Shown here: piece after piece, positions 1-11,970 of the stretch
Position numbering within the stretch: position 1 is the first letter of the stretch
Layout: each line of letters starts with the position of its first letter
NCBI GenBank assembly: GCA_964016885.1
Contig: OZ024745.1
Coordinates: 128,836,001-128,900,000 of the forward strand
Length of the DNA stretch: 64,000 nt
From: Eledone cirrhosa
Taxonomy: Eukaryota
Direction of reading: 5' to 3'
Program-made: the position numbers and the translations under genes
The notes under the pieces: model-generated
Told to the model about the DNA's origin: nothing
Seen by the model: only the letters and a program-made list of their open reading frames with translations
Database searches by the model: none

Positions 1-80
1 TATATATATATGTATATGTATATATATATATGTATATATATATATGTATATGTATATATATATATGTATATATGTATATG

Positions 81-143
<63 letters not shown>

Positions 144-410
144 GTATTATATATATATATATATGTATATATGTGTATTATATATATGTATATATGTGTA
201 TTATATATATATATATGTATATATGTGTATTATATATATATATGTATATATGTGTATTATATATATATATATATGTATATATGTGTATTATATATATATG
301 TATATATGTGTATTATATATATATATATGTATATTATATATATATATGTATATATGTGTATTATATATATATGTATATATGTGTATAACATACACATATA
401 TATGTGTATT
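1..410. repeat. (TA)n-based compound microsatellite with recurring TATGTGTAT interruptions
   Basis: Direct reading; the same pattern resumes at about 596-775 after the SINE. Confidence 0.95.
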
Positions 411-597
411 TGGATTGGCAGTATCGGTAGAGGGTCTGACGCTATGCTTTGCAGCAAAGAGTTACGCCCCTTTATGGTTTGAGTTCAAATCCCGCCGAGG
501 TTAACTTTGCCTTTCATCCTTACGGGGGGTCGATAAAATAAAGTACCAGTAATGCACTGGATAATTGCTGGCCTTGTGCCAAAAGTAGAAACAATTA
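411..597 (+). mobile_element. tRNA-derived SINE, family A (short subtype)
   Basis: A-box-like TGGCAGTATCGGTAGAG, B-box GAGTTCAAATCCC, body GCCTTTCATCCTTACGGGG..TCGATAAAATAAAGTACCAGT, tail GGCCTTGTGCCAAAAGTAGAAACAATT; more than 15 related copies or fragments in the window. Confidence 0.9.
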
Positions 598-715
598 TAT
601 ATATATATATGTATATATGTGTATTATATATATATATATATGTGTATTATATATATATATATAATATATATATGTGTATAATATACACATATATATATAT
701 ATATGTATATATGTG

Positions 716-753
<38 letters not shown>

Positions 754-1040
754 ATAATATATACATATATATATAATTTGAATCTTACCAGATGATTTGA
801 CTACAAACTATAACTGGGGTTGCCTGAAACCTGATCGAGACTGGCTGTTAAGTAGAAAAGTTTGAAATAGCGATATACATATATATACATACATACACAC
901 ACACATACACACCGCTTTTTCAAACTCTTTTACATATACACACACACACACGCACATATATAATATATATATATACACATACACACACACATACACATAC
1001 ATACAAATATATATATATATACACACTACACACACACAAA

Positions 1041-1080
<40 letters not shown>

Positions 1081-1085
1081 TATAT

Positions 1086-1183
<98 letters not shown>

Positions 1184-1555
1184 ACACCCTTTACTCGTGT
1201 AAATGTTTATTGTTATTTTTTCCACACGCACTACGAATAAATTTGTTTGTCTGAGTCAGCAGTGAGAAGTTGCTATAATATAATGTTTATGTATGTTGTT
1301 AGGTTAAGCTAATTACATACCCGGATACACTGCTTTTAACCTGTGTTTTATTTGGTTCGTGGTTCTTTTCTGTTTGACTACAGCGGAGAGGTGTGGTGCT
1401 GTGCTGAAGGTGGCTTGTGGTAGAGTGAGGCATGGCAAGGTTGATTGATCGGGTGGATTGTGGTGAAGTTAGATTGGTTATTTGGGGGTAGATAGATCTA
1501 AGGCGTGGAGTTGGAGTAGATTGTGGTGAAGTATGGTTTCAGGTTTGTTGTAGGA

Positions 1556-1946
1556 TTGTGGTGGAGTATTTGGGTAGATCTTGGGCGGGTGGGTTGTGGT
1601 GGAGTATTTGGGTAGATCTAGGGCGGGTGGGTTGTGGTGGAGTATTTGGGTAGATCTTGGGCGGGTGGGTTGTGGTGGAGTATTTGGGTAGATCTAGGGC
1701 GGGTGGGTTGTGGTGGAGTATTTAGGTAGATCTAGGGCGGGTGGGTTGTGGTGGAGTATTTGGGTAGATCTAGGGTGGGTGGGTTGTGGTGAAGTATTTG
1801 GGTAGATCTTGGGCGGGTGGGTTGTGGTGGAGTATTTAGGTAGATCTAGAGCGGGTGGGTTGTGGTGGAGTATTTGGGTAGATCTAGGGCGAGTGGGTTG
1901 TGGTGGAGTATTTGGATAGATCTAAGGTGGGTGGGTTGTGGTGGAG
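1556..1946 (+). repeat. 38-bp G-rich minisatellite, about 10 copies (TTGTGGTGGAGTATTTGGGTAGATCTAGGGCGGGTGGG)
   Basis: Unit starts at 1556, 1594, 1632 ... 1936; degenerate units extend over about 1450-2200. Confidence 0.95.
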
Positions 1947-2370
1947 CGAGGCATGACTGATGGGTTGTGGTGATGTTTGGGTGGAGATAGATCTAGGGGA
2001 TGGTTATGGGGAAGTAAGGTTGGCTATTTGGGTAGATCTAGCGGAAATTGAAGAGAAATGGGTTTGGGGTAGATCTAGCGGTGTTGTGGTGACGTGGGGT
2101 TTGTTGTAGGGGAGATTTGGGGTAAATCTAGGGGGGATTGTGGTGAAGTGGGGTTGGTTGTAAGGGTAGATATAGGTGGGTTGTAATGAAGTAAGGATGG
2201 TTGTTTGGTTGAGTAGATGTAGAAATACTTAAGAGATATTTATTTTGGTGACTTTTCATTTATTATTATATTTTTTAAATTTTACTTTGAAAATGCCTTT
2301 TGATATGTTTTAAGGATGGCGTAGAGTTGGTAGGTTGTCTGGACTAAAGAAATGATGATAGCGATAATTA

Positions 2371-2562
2371 CCGTATTTTCCGCCGTCGAAGACACTACTT
2401 TTTTTCCTAAAATAAGTCTCAAAAATCCATCATGCGTCCTGGAGGCCGAATGTTGCTTATTATTATTATTACTATTACTTTTTTATTTTTTTCAAAGATT
2501 TTGGTTGTCAAAATTAGGGTGCGTTTTGGAGGACGAAGCGTCTTTGGCGCCGGGAAATACGA
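2371..2562. mobile_element. MITE, pogo/Tc1-mariner-like
   Basis: Imperfect TIRs CCGTATTTTCCG...CGGGAAATACGA flanked by TA on both sides. Confidence 0.65.
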
Positions 2563-3215
2563 TATCTTACTTTTCGTTGGAAAACGGAATCGGTTTTTTG
2601 AATTTGCTTTGAGTACACAAGACTGCAGCCGTTTAAAACAATGTATGTTGTTGTTTAGCCCTCGGCCAATCTTAATCAACTACATTTCAGCTTTCACCTT
2701 ATGCCTACATTATCCAGTGTGGCTTCGTTTTAAGATGAGAGAGTCAATAGTGTCCCTTAATTCATTAGGGTTGAGAGGCGCTGACAGGCATTTCTTGTAA
2801 GACCCATCTTGTCATCTTGTAGGTGGACAAACCTGCCAATGGCGGATCCTATCCCTTTCTAAATATGTGCGCGCCTAAAATATTAATTTATTGGAGGTCA
2901 CGATTAAGTGATGAATGAGATAAACCAAAACGGTGTTGATAAAATCTTTCGAAATAATTGCACATAAAATAAACGAGACAGCCTAAACTAACGACATTAA
3001 ATACAACATGTATTCTTTATTTAGCACAAGTAGTACTTTAACGTATTTTTAAAACCCTCATTGCAAACTGTGCATTTGGCATACAGTATTTCTATTATTT
3101 GCAATCTGCTTCTTTATTTACGTAAGAGTTGCATTAAAAATAACTTCCCAGACAACGGAAAATTCTCAATATCGGCAGCTCAACTCCCCGGGGTTGCCAT
3201 TATTTCGAATGTTTA

Positions 3216-3288
<73 letters not shown>

Positions 3289-3301
3289 GAGTTGGGGCTC
3301 A

Positions 3302-3432
3302 GGCGGCGGATTGGCGTCGGGTTGAAACTGTCTTAGCATTTGTTCTGGCCCACTGCGCCGGAGTTCAAATCTCACAGAGGTCAACTTTGTCTTCCATCCT
3401 TTTGAGATATCAGCCCACTCTTGGGGTCGACT
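3302..3432 (+). mobile_element. Diverged SINE family A relative
   Basis: GGCGGCGGATTGGC head, GAGTTCAAATCTC B-box, GAGGTCAACTTTGTCTTCCATCC body. Confidence 0.7.
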
Positions 3433-3867
3433 CTTCCTCTCTATATTTTTCTTTTCTTTTCTTTCTTTCTCTGGAACCAGGTTTAAATTACTAAAGACAC
3501 GCCGTGTGTTATGGCGGTGTCCCTACGAATCCACCAGGAGTTAAACACCATTGTTTTCTAAGAGGATTAAAATGTAAGCAGCTGGTTTAATTCGAATCAT
3601 GAGCACGTCTTTTTGTTGACATTCTCGTATTGCTGTTCTGTGGCACCGAGTAAACCACCTGTTCTGCTGGTCTATACTGTTGTTTCCAGACAAACAACTT
3701 TCGTAGATATTTTATTTATTCATTTAAATATCGAATTACTCCAATTATCTATGAAAAGCACATTGGATAAGGTAGCCCTAGATACGTTATTCCTGAAATG
3801 AAATGGGATGTTCGTAGCTCTGGAACACTATAATTATGGGAGTAAACAGCAACATCAATCAATCTTT

Positions 3868-3935
3868 TGGGTTCTGGGCCCCAACTCATTCAGCCTGTCA
3901 TGACGGGCTCAATGAGCCGGCGCCCAGAACCCAAC
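3868..3935. repeat. Imperfect inverted repeat (about 34-bp arms) just upstream of a (TA)n tract
   Basis: TTGGGTTCTGGGCC...GTCA|TGAC...GCGCCCAGAACCCAA. Confidence 0.85.
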
Positions 3936-3966
3936 GAAACTTGAGTATCTGTTTATGTCACTGTTG

Positions 3967-4027
<61 letters not shown>

Positions 4028-4028
<1 letters not shown>

Positions 4029-4104
4029 TAGTAACACAACAGTTAGTTCACCATACCGAGAACAATTGCTCTCGGTATGGTGGACTATCTGTTGGTGTTA
4101 TTAC
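4028..4104. repeat. Imperfect inverted repeat (about 35-bp arms) immediately after the (TA)n tract
   Basis: GTAGTAACACAACAGTTAGTTCACCATACCGAGA-acaattgc-TCTCGGTATGGTGGACTATCTGTTGGTGTTATTAC. Confidence 0.85.
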
Positions 4105-4469
4105 TGCACAGTTTAAAACAAACAAACATTTCTATATGACTGTGACAGTTAATATATAGAAGATATGTCTTCTGTATTCACTGAAATGCTTGAAAGAAAT
4201 GTTCTTTCTGCGTAGTTAAAGTGAGACAAACAGCGACACCCACAGCACTGTATTCATTTCACTAACCGTGTTTATATTTATTTCATTTTAGATTACGTAT
4301 TTCTTTTAGTCGTTGTCTTTAGCTTTTTTATTAGGAGACATCATTTACGTCTTTAGAACAAAATACGCTTTCGTAATAGAAAATATTTAGAATGTTTTTT
4401 TTTATTTTGTTTTTTTTAAATTTATAACTGTTTGCCTCTTTTCACTCTCCGAATTCTTGTATATAGATA

Positions 4470-4538
<69 letters not shown>

Positions 4539-4932
4539 TTAGTACATTAACAGAGAAAGCTTTAAGTAATACTCCGACCGGCTTCCGTCTCACTCAACAA
4601 ACATTACGATATACCTTAGTATAATCCCAATTATACGTTTGAGGTGCTAACTATACGTATTTTGCGGATAGCCAGTTGTATTATTTTATATATATATATA
4701 TCTCGTTCACGATTTCACCGAACTTATATTCATGGAAATTTGGGACTTGACTCGTTCTTCCTCACTTTTCGTTGCTTCACCATCTTTGTTTGTTTACACT
4801 CTCGTGTCCCCTTTATTTACGTGTCCCAACGACTTTTTTTAGCCGTTGCTCGCACCAACCCGAGGTATATGGTCTTTAAAGCGATGAAATACCAATGATG
4901 GTTGGAAGATCACTGATGAAGGACTAACTGTA

Positions 4933-4968
<36 letters not shown>

Positions 4969-5060
4969 CGTGTGCTAACTATACGTATTTTGCGGATAGC
5001 CAGTTGTATTATTTTATATATATATATATATGCGCGCGCGTGTGTGTGTACACACACATA

Positions 5061-5142
5061 CAGTGTGTAAAAAAAAAAATGTACAGACACTTCAAAAGCA
5101 TTCTAATAAAAAAGTGTGTATCCATTTTTTTGGGACACCCTG
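5061..5142. mobile_element. Very short Tc1/mariner-type MITE remnant
   Basis: TA-CAGTGTGTAAAAAAAAAAATGTACAGACACT ... AGTGTGTATCCATTTTTTTGGGACACCCTG-TA. Confidence 0.6.
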
Positions 5143-5321
5143 TATATATATTTATGTATATAAACACACGTGTGTGTGAGAGTATATATATATATATACA
5201 CACACATATTCTGTACAAAGTTTTCACGTATACAGAATAAACTACACAGCATTCCAAGAAATAGAATGTTATATTATTTTATTTGTGACCTGCTTAGAGA
5301 GTTAATCAGTAAAGGTTAAAA

Positions 5322-5482
5322 CCGGTCACGGTTAGAACGTTTTTGATCATAAGTCTGATGGATCAGTGGTGACCCAGGGTTAAACAACCTGTATAAAGGC
5401 TATAGACAAGAAGGTCATGGTTAGAACGCCTTTAATCATAGGTCTGATGGATGAGAGCTGACCCAGGGTTAAACAACAACAA
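5322..5482 (-). mobile_element. Two tandem fragments of a dispersed repeat (family C)
   Basis: GGTCAYGGTTAGAACG...GACCCAGGGTTAAACAAC occurs twice; related GTTGTTTARCCC...GATCAAAGACATTCCAGC fragments near 2647, 12190, 21560-21740, 21965 and 39490. Confidence 0.6.
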
Positions 5483-5825
5483 TCTCCGCCATTAGAAATA
5501 CACATGAAAGTACATAGGCGCAAGACAAGCAACATCACTGCTCCCTTCTCTTAACCTCTGATTTGTCATATGTCCACTACATTATTTCCACTACCTCCCC
5601 CATCTCCACACACTCACACATATTTCCACTACCTCCTCCTATCTCTACATACATACATACATACATACATACATACATACATACATACATACACACACTC
5701 ACTCACACCGTACGAAGTTCTTTTTAAACATTGTTGTTCCTTGCTATTCGTACGTCAGGTGTTATACATACATATACATATATATATATATATATATATA
5801 CATACATATAGATACATATACATAC

Positions 5826-5862
<37 letters not shown>

Positions 5863-6143
5863 TTAATAGAGTGGAGAGAGATAGGGGGAGATGTAATTTG
5901 ATGTGGATAAAGAGAGAGAGAGAAAGAGCGGAATAAGCGGGAGGGAGAGAGGGGCGAGAGAAGGGTGAGAGAGAGACGTAATTGATGTGGATAAAGGGGG
6001 AGAGAGAGCAGGAGAAAGGGGGAGAGAGAGCGGGAAAAAGGAGAGAGAGAGACGTAATTGATGTGTTGTTTGCTGCTGACAAAACTCTTCAGGTAAACAA
6101 GAAACAAAAAAAAAACAATAAAACAGCAGAATTTATGTATGTG

Positions 6144-6174
<31 letters not shown>

Positions 6175-6710
6175 ATAAATGTGTTGACAGGTAATGGTGG
6201 TATGTTAAAATGTAGTGGCCAGTTTGTCGCCACTCCACGCCCACTCTCTCTCTCGCTCCAGTTTCTTATGGAGGAGTGTATATGTGTGTGTGAAGGAGGA
6301 GGGGGGGGGGTAGTATATTGCTTGGTACTTGTTTCATACGTTCTCTCTCTTACTACCCCTCCCCCTCCCTCCCTAGAATGCTCAGAGACTTGCACGTTGA
6401 TTTCGAACAATTGGAACATTGGTCATCGGTTCCAACAGAATTAGGACCGTATAATCTTGGGTCTCGAAGAATCGTTCCACCCGCCGCTTTTTAAATTTTA
6501 CTAATCTGTCTTCAGTGAAATTTTATTGTTAGAATTCCTGTGACAACAACATTATAAATGACAAAAAAAAGGTACATTACTAGAAATCCCATAGATTATA
6601 AAATAAATAGGATGTAAACTAAACGACTAATTCTGGTTTTTAAAAGACAAATCAACGGAGACAGCCTAGAAAATTTACCGATTTCTCCATCCCCGCTTAT
6701 TCCAACCATT

Positions 6711-6910
6711 CTTCTTCTCTCACCTATTCCTGAGAGGGTCGTGGGGACACAGTAATCAAACGCTTCTTCCGGCGGATCATGTCAGAAGCAACCGTCTCCA
6801 ATTGATCCGGCTGGACCCCCCCCCCCCTCTTTTTTTTTTGTTTCGATCCGGCTATTATTTGGGATGGTGTCCAGTGTGATGCGTCTGATGGTCTTAGTAC
6901 ATGTTGTCAC
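6711..6910 (-). mobile_element. RTE-clade LINE 3' end remnant
   Basis: Minus strand reads GVQPDQLETVASDMIRRKKRLITVSPRPSQE* followed by a (GAA)n tail; resembles the RTE ORF C-terminal VAxDRxxWxxxLxxLPPRP motif; sister fragments at about 34060 and 60678. Confidence 0.7.
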
Positions 6911-7074
6911 CTTTTTATTCCTTATATACTAAATGTATTGGTTGACTATTGCAGTACTAATGGTGTCGGTTTGTAAAAGTATTTAAATTCCTGGCTAGAT
7001 GTTTAACACCACGTACATACACACACCAAGGAACGGAACGAAACGAAACGAAACAAAACACATATATGTGTGTG

Positions 7075-7105
<31 letters not shown>

Positions 7106-7138
7106 ATACATACACAAATATATTTACATACATACACA

Positions 7139-7188
<50 letters not shown>

Positions 7189-7575
7189 GAAGGAACAAAA
7201 AACATTCCAATGAAATCACACTGTGTCTTTTCAATAATTACTACGCTAGAGCGCTTGTTATTTGTTAGTTACTATAAAGTAAATCAGGAAAAAATAACAA
7301 CCACAAGACACAAACAAAAATATAGGGAGGTGGGTGGACACAACACAAACCTACACACTGCATTCTTTTATCTGCTTGTTGTCTCTTGAATTGTTAAATT
7401 TTTTTGTGTGATTGTGGTGGTAGGGTGTGTTAAAGTTTATTTATCATTGTTTTTTTGTCTTCGTTTCGTTTCTTTTTTCTTTTCCCTCTTACCCTCTCAT
7501 TAAACTCTCGTGGCACCTTTTTTCTTGTTACACACGTTCACTTTCTATCTCTTGTTACTTTTTCTTTCTTTTTAG

Positions 7576-7608
<33 letters not shown>

Positions 7609-8855
7609 TGGCCCTGTTTTTTTCTATATTTTTTTATCTTTTCTATTCCCGAAAAAGTTTCTTGAATTTGTTTTTAATTGTATGTCTTGTCCAGTGTTTA
7701 ACGTTTTTTGTACGCTGCCGTTTTATTTGTTCACTTTGAATATCTCTCTCTCCTCTTATATATATATATGTATGTGTATGTATGTATATATATATAATAT
7801 ATATATACATACATACACACACAGAGAGTAAGGTTGCTCACTTATTTAGAAACTCTCTCTCTTTCTCTTAAACACACAGTTGCTATATTTTCTCCCTGGT
7901 AGCCACCTATATTTGTCTAATGTCTTTTCATCATCTCTCCTGAGATATTTCGTCTTTTCATTTGTTCGTTTCTCTCCTGCCCTCATCTCCTCCTTCTTCA
8001 CCATTACAGTCACGAGGTGTTACATTTGTTTCCGTCATTAGACTGGATGTCTCCTTCCTGGATAGTCCTTTTGTCCCCTCTCTCCTCCCCCCTCACTCTC
8101 TCCCCCTCACTCTCTCCCCTCACTCTCTCCCCCTCACTCTCTCCCCCTCACTCTCCACCACCAACGGCTGTCAACAATAACATGTCCACTTTTGACTCAC
8201 CAGATCCTTCTGGCTCCTTTGAGGTGTTGTTCACCCCCCCCCCCCCCATCTCTTTCCCTCCTTCCTCTCTCCCTCCCCTCTCCCTTCCTCCCTCCCCTAT
8301 CTCTCTCCCTTCCTCCCTCCCTTCTTCCCTCCCTTCTTCACTCCCCCCTCTCTCTCCCCCCTTCTTCCCTCCCCCCTCTCTCTCCCCCCTTCTTCCCTCC
8401 CCTCTCTCCCTCCCTCCCTTCCCTCTCTCTGGCTGCACTTTTACCAATCCATTCATTGGGCCGCAAGTTTGAATTTAGTACATAGCTTTCTTATTAATTC
8501 TGGTAGAATGGTCTTTCAACTTTCACCAAGTTGGGTGTGTATGGGGCTGTACCAGATTAAATTAGTGATTTCGTATCTATATCAAATCATTAAAACAACA
8601 ACAGAGGTGTGGGCGGAAACCCAATAATGGCGAACACCAGTGGGTGAGTTTGGACTGTTCAACATTCGCAGAAACTGAAATAGGATTCCACATTTATAAG
8701 TCTCCATTTCGTTTGGTGCTTTTGGTTAGGTCAAATTCTAACGGAGAGTCGAGAAGACATTTCCAATAGTTCTTTGTGGAACACGAACATTTCAACACAC
8801 TTTCTGTTGGTTTTACACCCAGACCGCCCACTAACTGAATATTTAACAGTCATTC

Positions 8856-8932
<77 letters not shown>

Positions 8933-9840
8933 ATATTTGGGGAGAGTCATGTTATAATATTGCCAGAAATATATAAAACACTCTCACTGTTTGGTTGGTT
9001 TGGGTTGATTTTCGCTTCCGTATATTTTATATCCCTATAGCTAATTTAGCTGGTAATCAATGTTTATCATTGATGGACGGACCAACAGTTAAAAATATAG
9101 ATATAAATATGTATATATAGTCTCTCAGAGTTCTCTCGCCACACACCTGTGACATCATCAGTGATACTATTATGTTTCCTCGCGTTGTATTGGGATATAA
9201 AATATACGGAATGAAATAGAAGGAAAAATATTTCTTCTCGTATACGGGAAATTTATTTTCGCAAATATATACAATATGGCAAACTTTATTCATTGATCTT
9301 TTACATTGTCGAGTTAATGAAAAGGGTCTTTCGTATTCGCCCGACCTGATAGAAGTAGCAACCAAATTCCCTTAAACCACACCTTACAGTCTTTAATGAA
9401 GAAGAGTGGTACGTCAAGCATTATTAGTTCTTGGAGGTTACCACTTTTAACTACTTCACTAATACGTCTACTCCATTCGAGCTCACCCTCACCCTCAAGT
9501 TTCGATTACAAGCCTGCTTTTACACATGAATGTTCGTCCCTTACCAGGCAGTAGGTAAGTTTAACCACTAAGCGATATCATTTGTTTTTTTTTCTGGTTT
9601 GGTGAAACATGCGACAGATCTCAATGCTGCAGCCATGTTGAAATTTCGTCATTGCTATTGAGAAAATGAATAAACAAATAAATGCAAGAGATAAGAAGTC
9701 AAGACATTTGAACTGGTAGGCTAATGGCGCGCTATCATTTTACACAAGCTTATACGCAGATAGTGTTTCAGTTAGTGTATGTATTCTAGTAAATCAAATA
9801 TATTATCACGCATATTATTAAATCTCTTTTCCCTCGTGTG

Positions 9841-9880
<40 letters not shown>

Positions 9881-9884
<4 letters not shown>

Positions 9885-9971
9885 AACGTCCCTATTACCC
9901 ACTCTACTACCCTAAGTATTGAGTACTTTGGTGCGTATGGTCCACCTGGTTCCTTACCACATTTCCTTCGT

Positions 9972-9972
<1 letters not shown>
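9881..9972 (+). mobile_element. Truncated 3' tail of the TA-embedded element seen at 27282-27482
   Basis: CCTATTACCCACTCTACTAC...GTATTGAGTACTTTGGTGCGT.ATGGTCCACCTGGTTCCTTACCACATTTCCTTCGT is nearly identical to 27400-27482; (TA)n on both sides. Confidence 0.85.
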
Positions 9973-10003
<31 letters not shown>

Positions 10004-10033
10004 TTATGGCTTAATAGTGAGCCTTGTTACTCT

Positions 10034-10088
<55 letters not shown>

Positions 10089-10090
<2 letters not shown>

Positions 10091-10168
10091 GGAAAATTCG
10101 GGACCCCAAGTATCGAGTACTCTGGTGGGTAATGGTCTAACTGGTTTTTACCACTTCCATTCTGATTT

Positions 10169-10171
<3 letters not shown>
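10089..10171 (+). mobile_element. Diverged relative of the same TA-embedded tail
   Basis: AAGTATCGAGTACTCTGGTGGGTAATGGTCTAACTGGTTTTTACCAC aligns by eye with AAGTATTGAGTACTTTGGTGCGTATGGTCCACCTGGTTCCTTACCAC; (TA)n on both sides. Confidence 0.65.
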
Positions 10172-10244
<73 letters not shown>

Positions 10245-10245
<1 letters not shown>

Positions 10246-10330
10246 TTGTTTCTACTTTTGGCACAAACCCAGCAATTATCCCAGTGTATTACTGGTACTT
10301 TATTTTATCGACCCCGTAAGGATGAAAGGC
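10245..10330 (-). mobile_element. SINE family A 3' fragment
   Basis: ATTGTTTCTACTTTTGGCACA...TATCGACCCCGTAAGGATGAAAGGC. Confidence 0.9.
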
Positions 10331-10384
10331 GGTATATGCAAAATCCTGAAATCCAATAACATGGTGACGGCTTAACTACTTCTA

Positions 10385-10450
<66 letters not shown>

Positions 10451-10479
10451 TAAGGAAATTCAACATATTTGGCGCCTTG

Positions 10480-10524
<45 letters not shown>

Positions 10525-10530
<6 letters not shown>

Positions 10531-10542
10531 CCGTTATTCTTA

Positions 10543-10578
<36 letters not shown>

Positions 10579-10594
10579 TCCGTTATTCTTATAC

Positions 10595-10626
<32 letters not shown>

Positions 10627-10683
10627 CCGTTATTCTTATACTATATATATATATATATATATATATTTGTTCCGTTATTCTTA

Positions 10684-10719
<36 letters not shown>

Positions 10720-10740
10720 TCCGTTATTCTTATACTATAT
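10525..10740 (+). repeat. Compound minisatellite: TGTTCCGTTATTCTTATAC x5 separated by variable (TA)n
   Basis: Units near 10527, 10576, 10623, 10668 and 10717. Confidence 0.95.
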
Positions 10741-11070
10741 ATATGTGTGTCTGTGTGTGTGTGGTATTGTATTACCATCTCATCTCATCTCATCTTTCGT
10801 CCTTCAGTCGAACTTCATCCCTGGGTCAGACAAAGAACAAAAAAAAATGATATTCATACACAGTCCCCTCTCTACCATGCCACTATCTAGTACTTACTGT
10901 CGTATTTACAGTCAGTGTCAGTACAATTCCTTTGGTAAATATCAAAACCTTAATCATGTTTTTAATATTTCCTGTTAGCTTATTTCTTCTTTGATCTTCG
11001 TACTTGTTCTTGTTGCTTCTAATGTCCGTCTCTGTGTCTCACGACTGAGACACACACACACACACACACC

Positions 11071-11192
<122 letters not shown>

Positions 11193-11369
11193 TGTGTGTG
11201 TTGGTAAGTGTGATCTGGATTCTTTGATGTGATGGTTCTTCGTATTGTTTTCCTGTGTATTTTTGGACTCTCATGCATGTGTGTGTGTGTGTGTATGTCC
11301 GTGTGTGTGTGTGTGTGTGTGTGTGTGACTTCATTATTTACTATAGTGGCTGAATATATTTGTTTGATT

Positions 11370-11970
11370 TCCTTCTCTTTCTCTCCTCTTCTATCGCGCC
11401 CTTTCTCTCTCCTCCTCTATCCTCTCTCTACCCTCTCCTCCCCTCTCTACCTATCTCCCCTCCTCCCCACCTCTCTCCCCTCCCTCTCTCTCTCTACCCT
11501 CTCCTCCCCTATCTACCTATCTCCCCTCCCTCTCTACCTCTCTCCCCTCCCTCTCTCCCTCTACTCCCCTCCCTCTCCCCTCTCCTCCCCTCCCTCTCCC
11601 CTCTCCTCTCTCTCCTCCCTCTCTCCTCTCCCCTCTCCTCTCTCTCCTCCCTCTCTCCTCTCTCTCTCCTCTCTCTCCTCCCTCTCTCCTCTCTCTCTCC
11701 TCTCTCTCCTCCCTCTCTCCTCTCTCTCCTCTCTCTCCTCTCTCTCTCCTCTCTCTCCTCTCTCTCTCCTCTCTCTCTCCTCTCTCCTCTCCCCCTCCTC
11801 CCTCTCTCCTCTCCCCCTCTCCCCCCTCTCTCCTCCCCCCTCTCTCCTCCCTCTCCCTCTCTGTCTCTCTCCTCCCTCTCACACTCTGTCTCTCTCCTCC
11901 CTCTCACACTCTCTCTCACTCCCTCTTCTCTCACCCCCCATCTCTCTTATTTAGCCCCCCCCCCCCTCAC
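11370..11970. repeat. Polypyrimidine (CT/CCT) low-complexity tract
   Basis: Direct reading; similar tracts at 8080-8430, 20060-20335, 25980-26155, 27780-28015, 46500-47130 and 48353-48680. Confidence 0.95.

Noticed and set aside
780-875. Hammerhead-like CAGATGA...GAAACCTGATC between TA tracts
   Set aside because: The core is mutated and stems I and II cannot be paired convincingly
4570-4600. Minus-strand TTGTTGA-GTGAGAC-GGAA-GCCGGTC resembling a minimal hammerhead
   Set aside because: Three core mismatches and no stem I complementarity
10525-10740. Constant repeat with variable spacers (CRISPR-like)
   Set aside because: The spacers are only (TA)n of varying length and there are no cas genes
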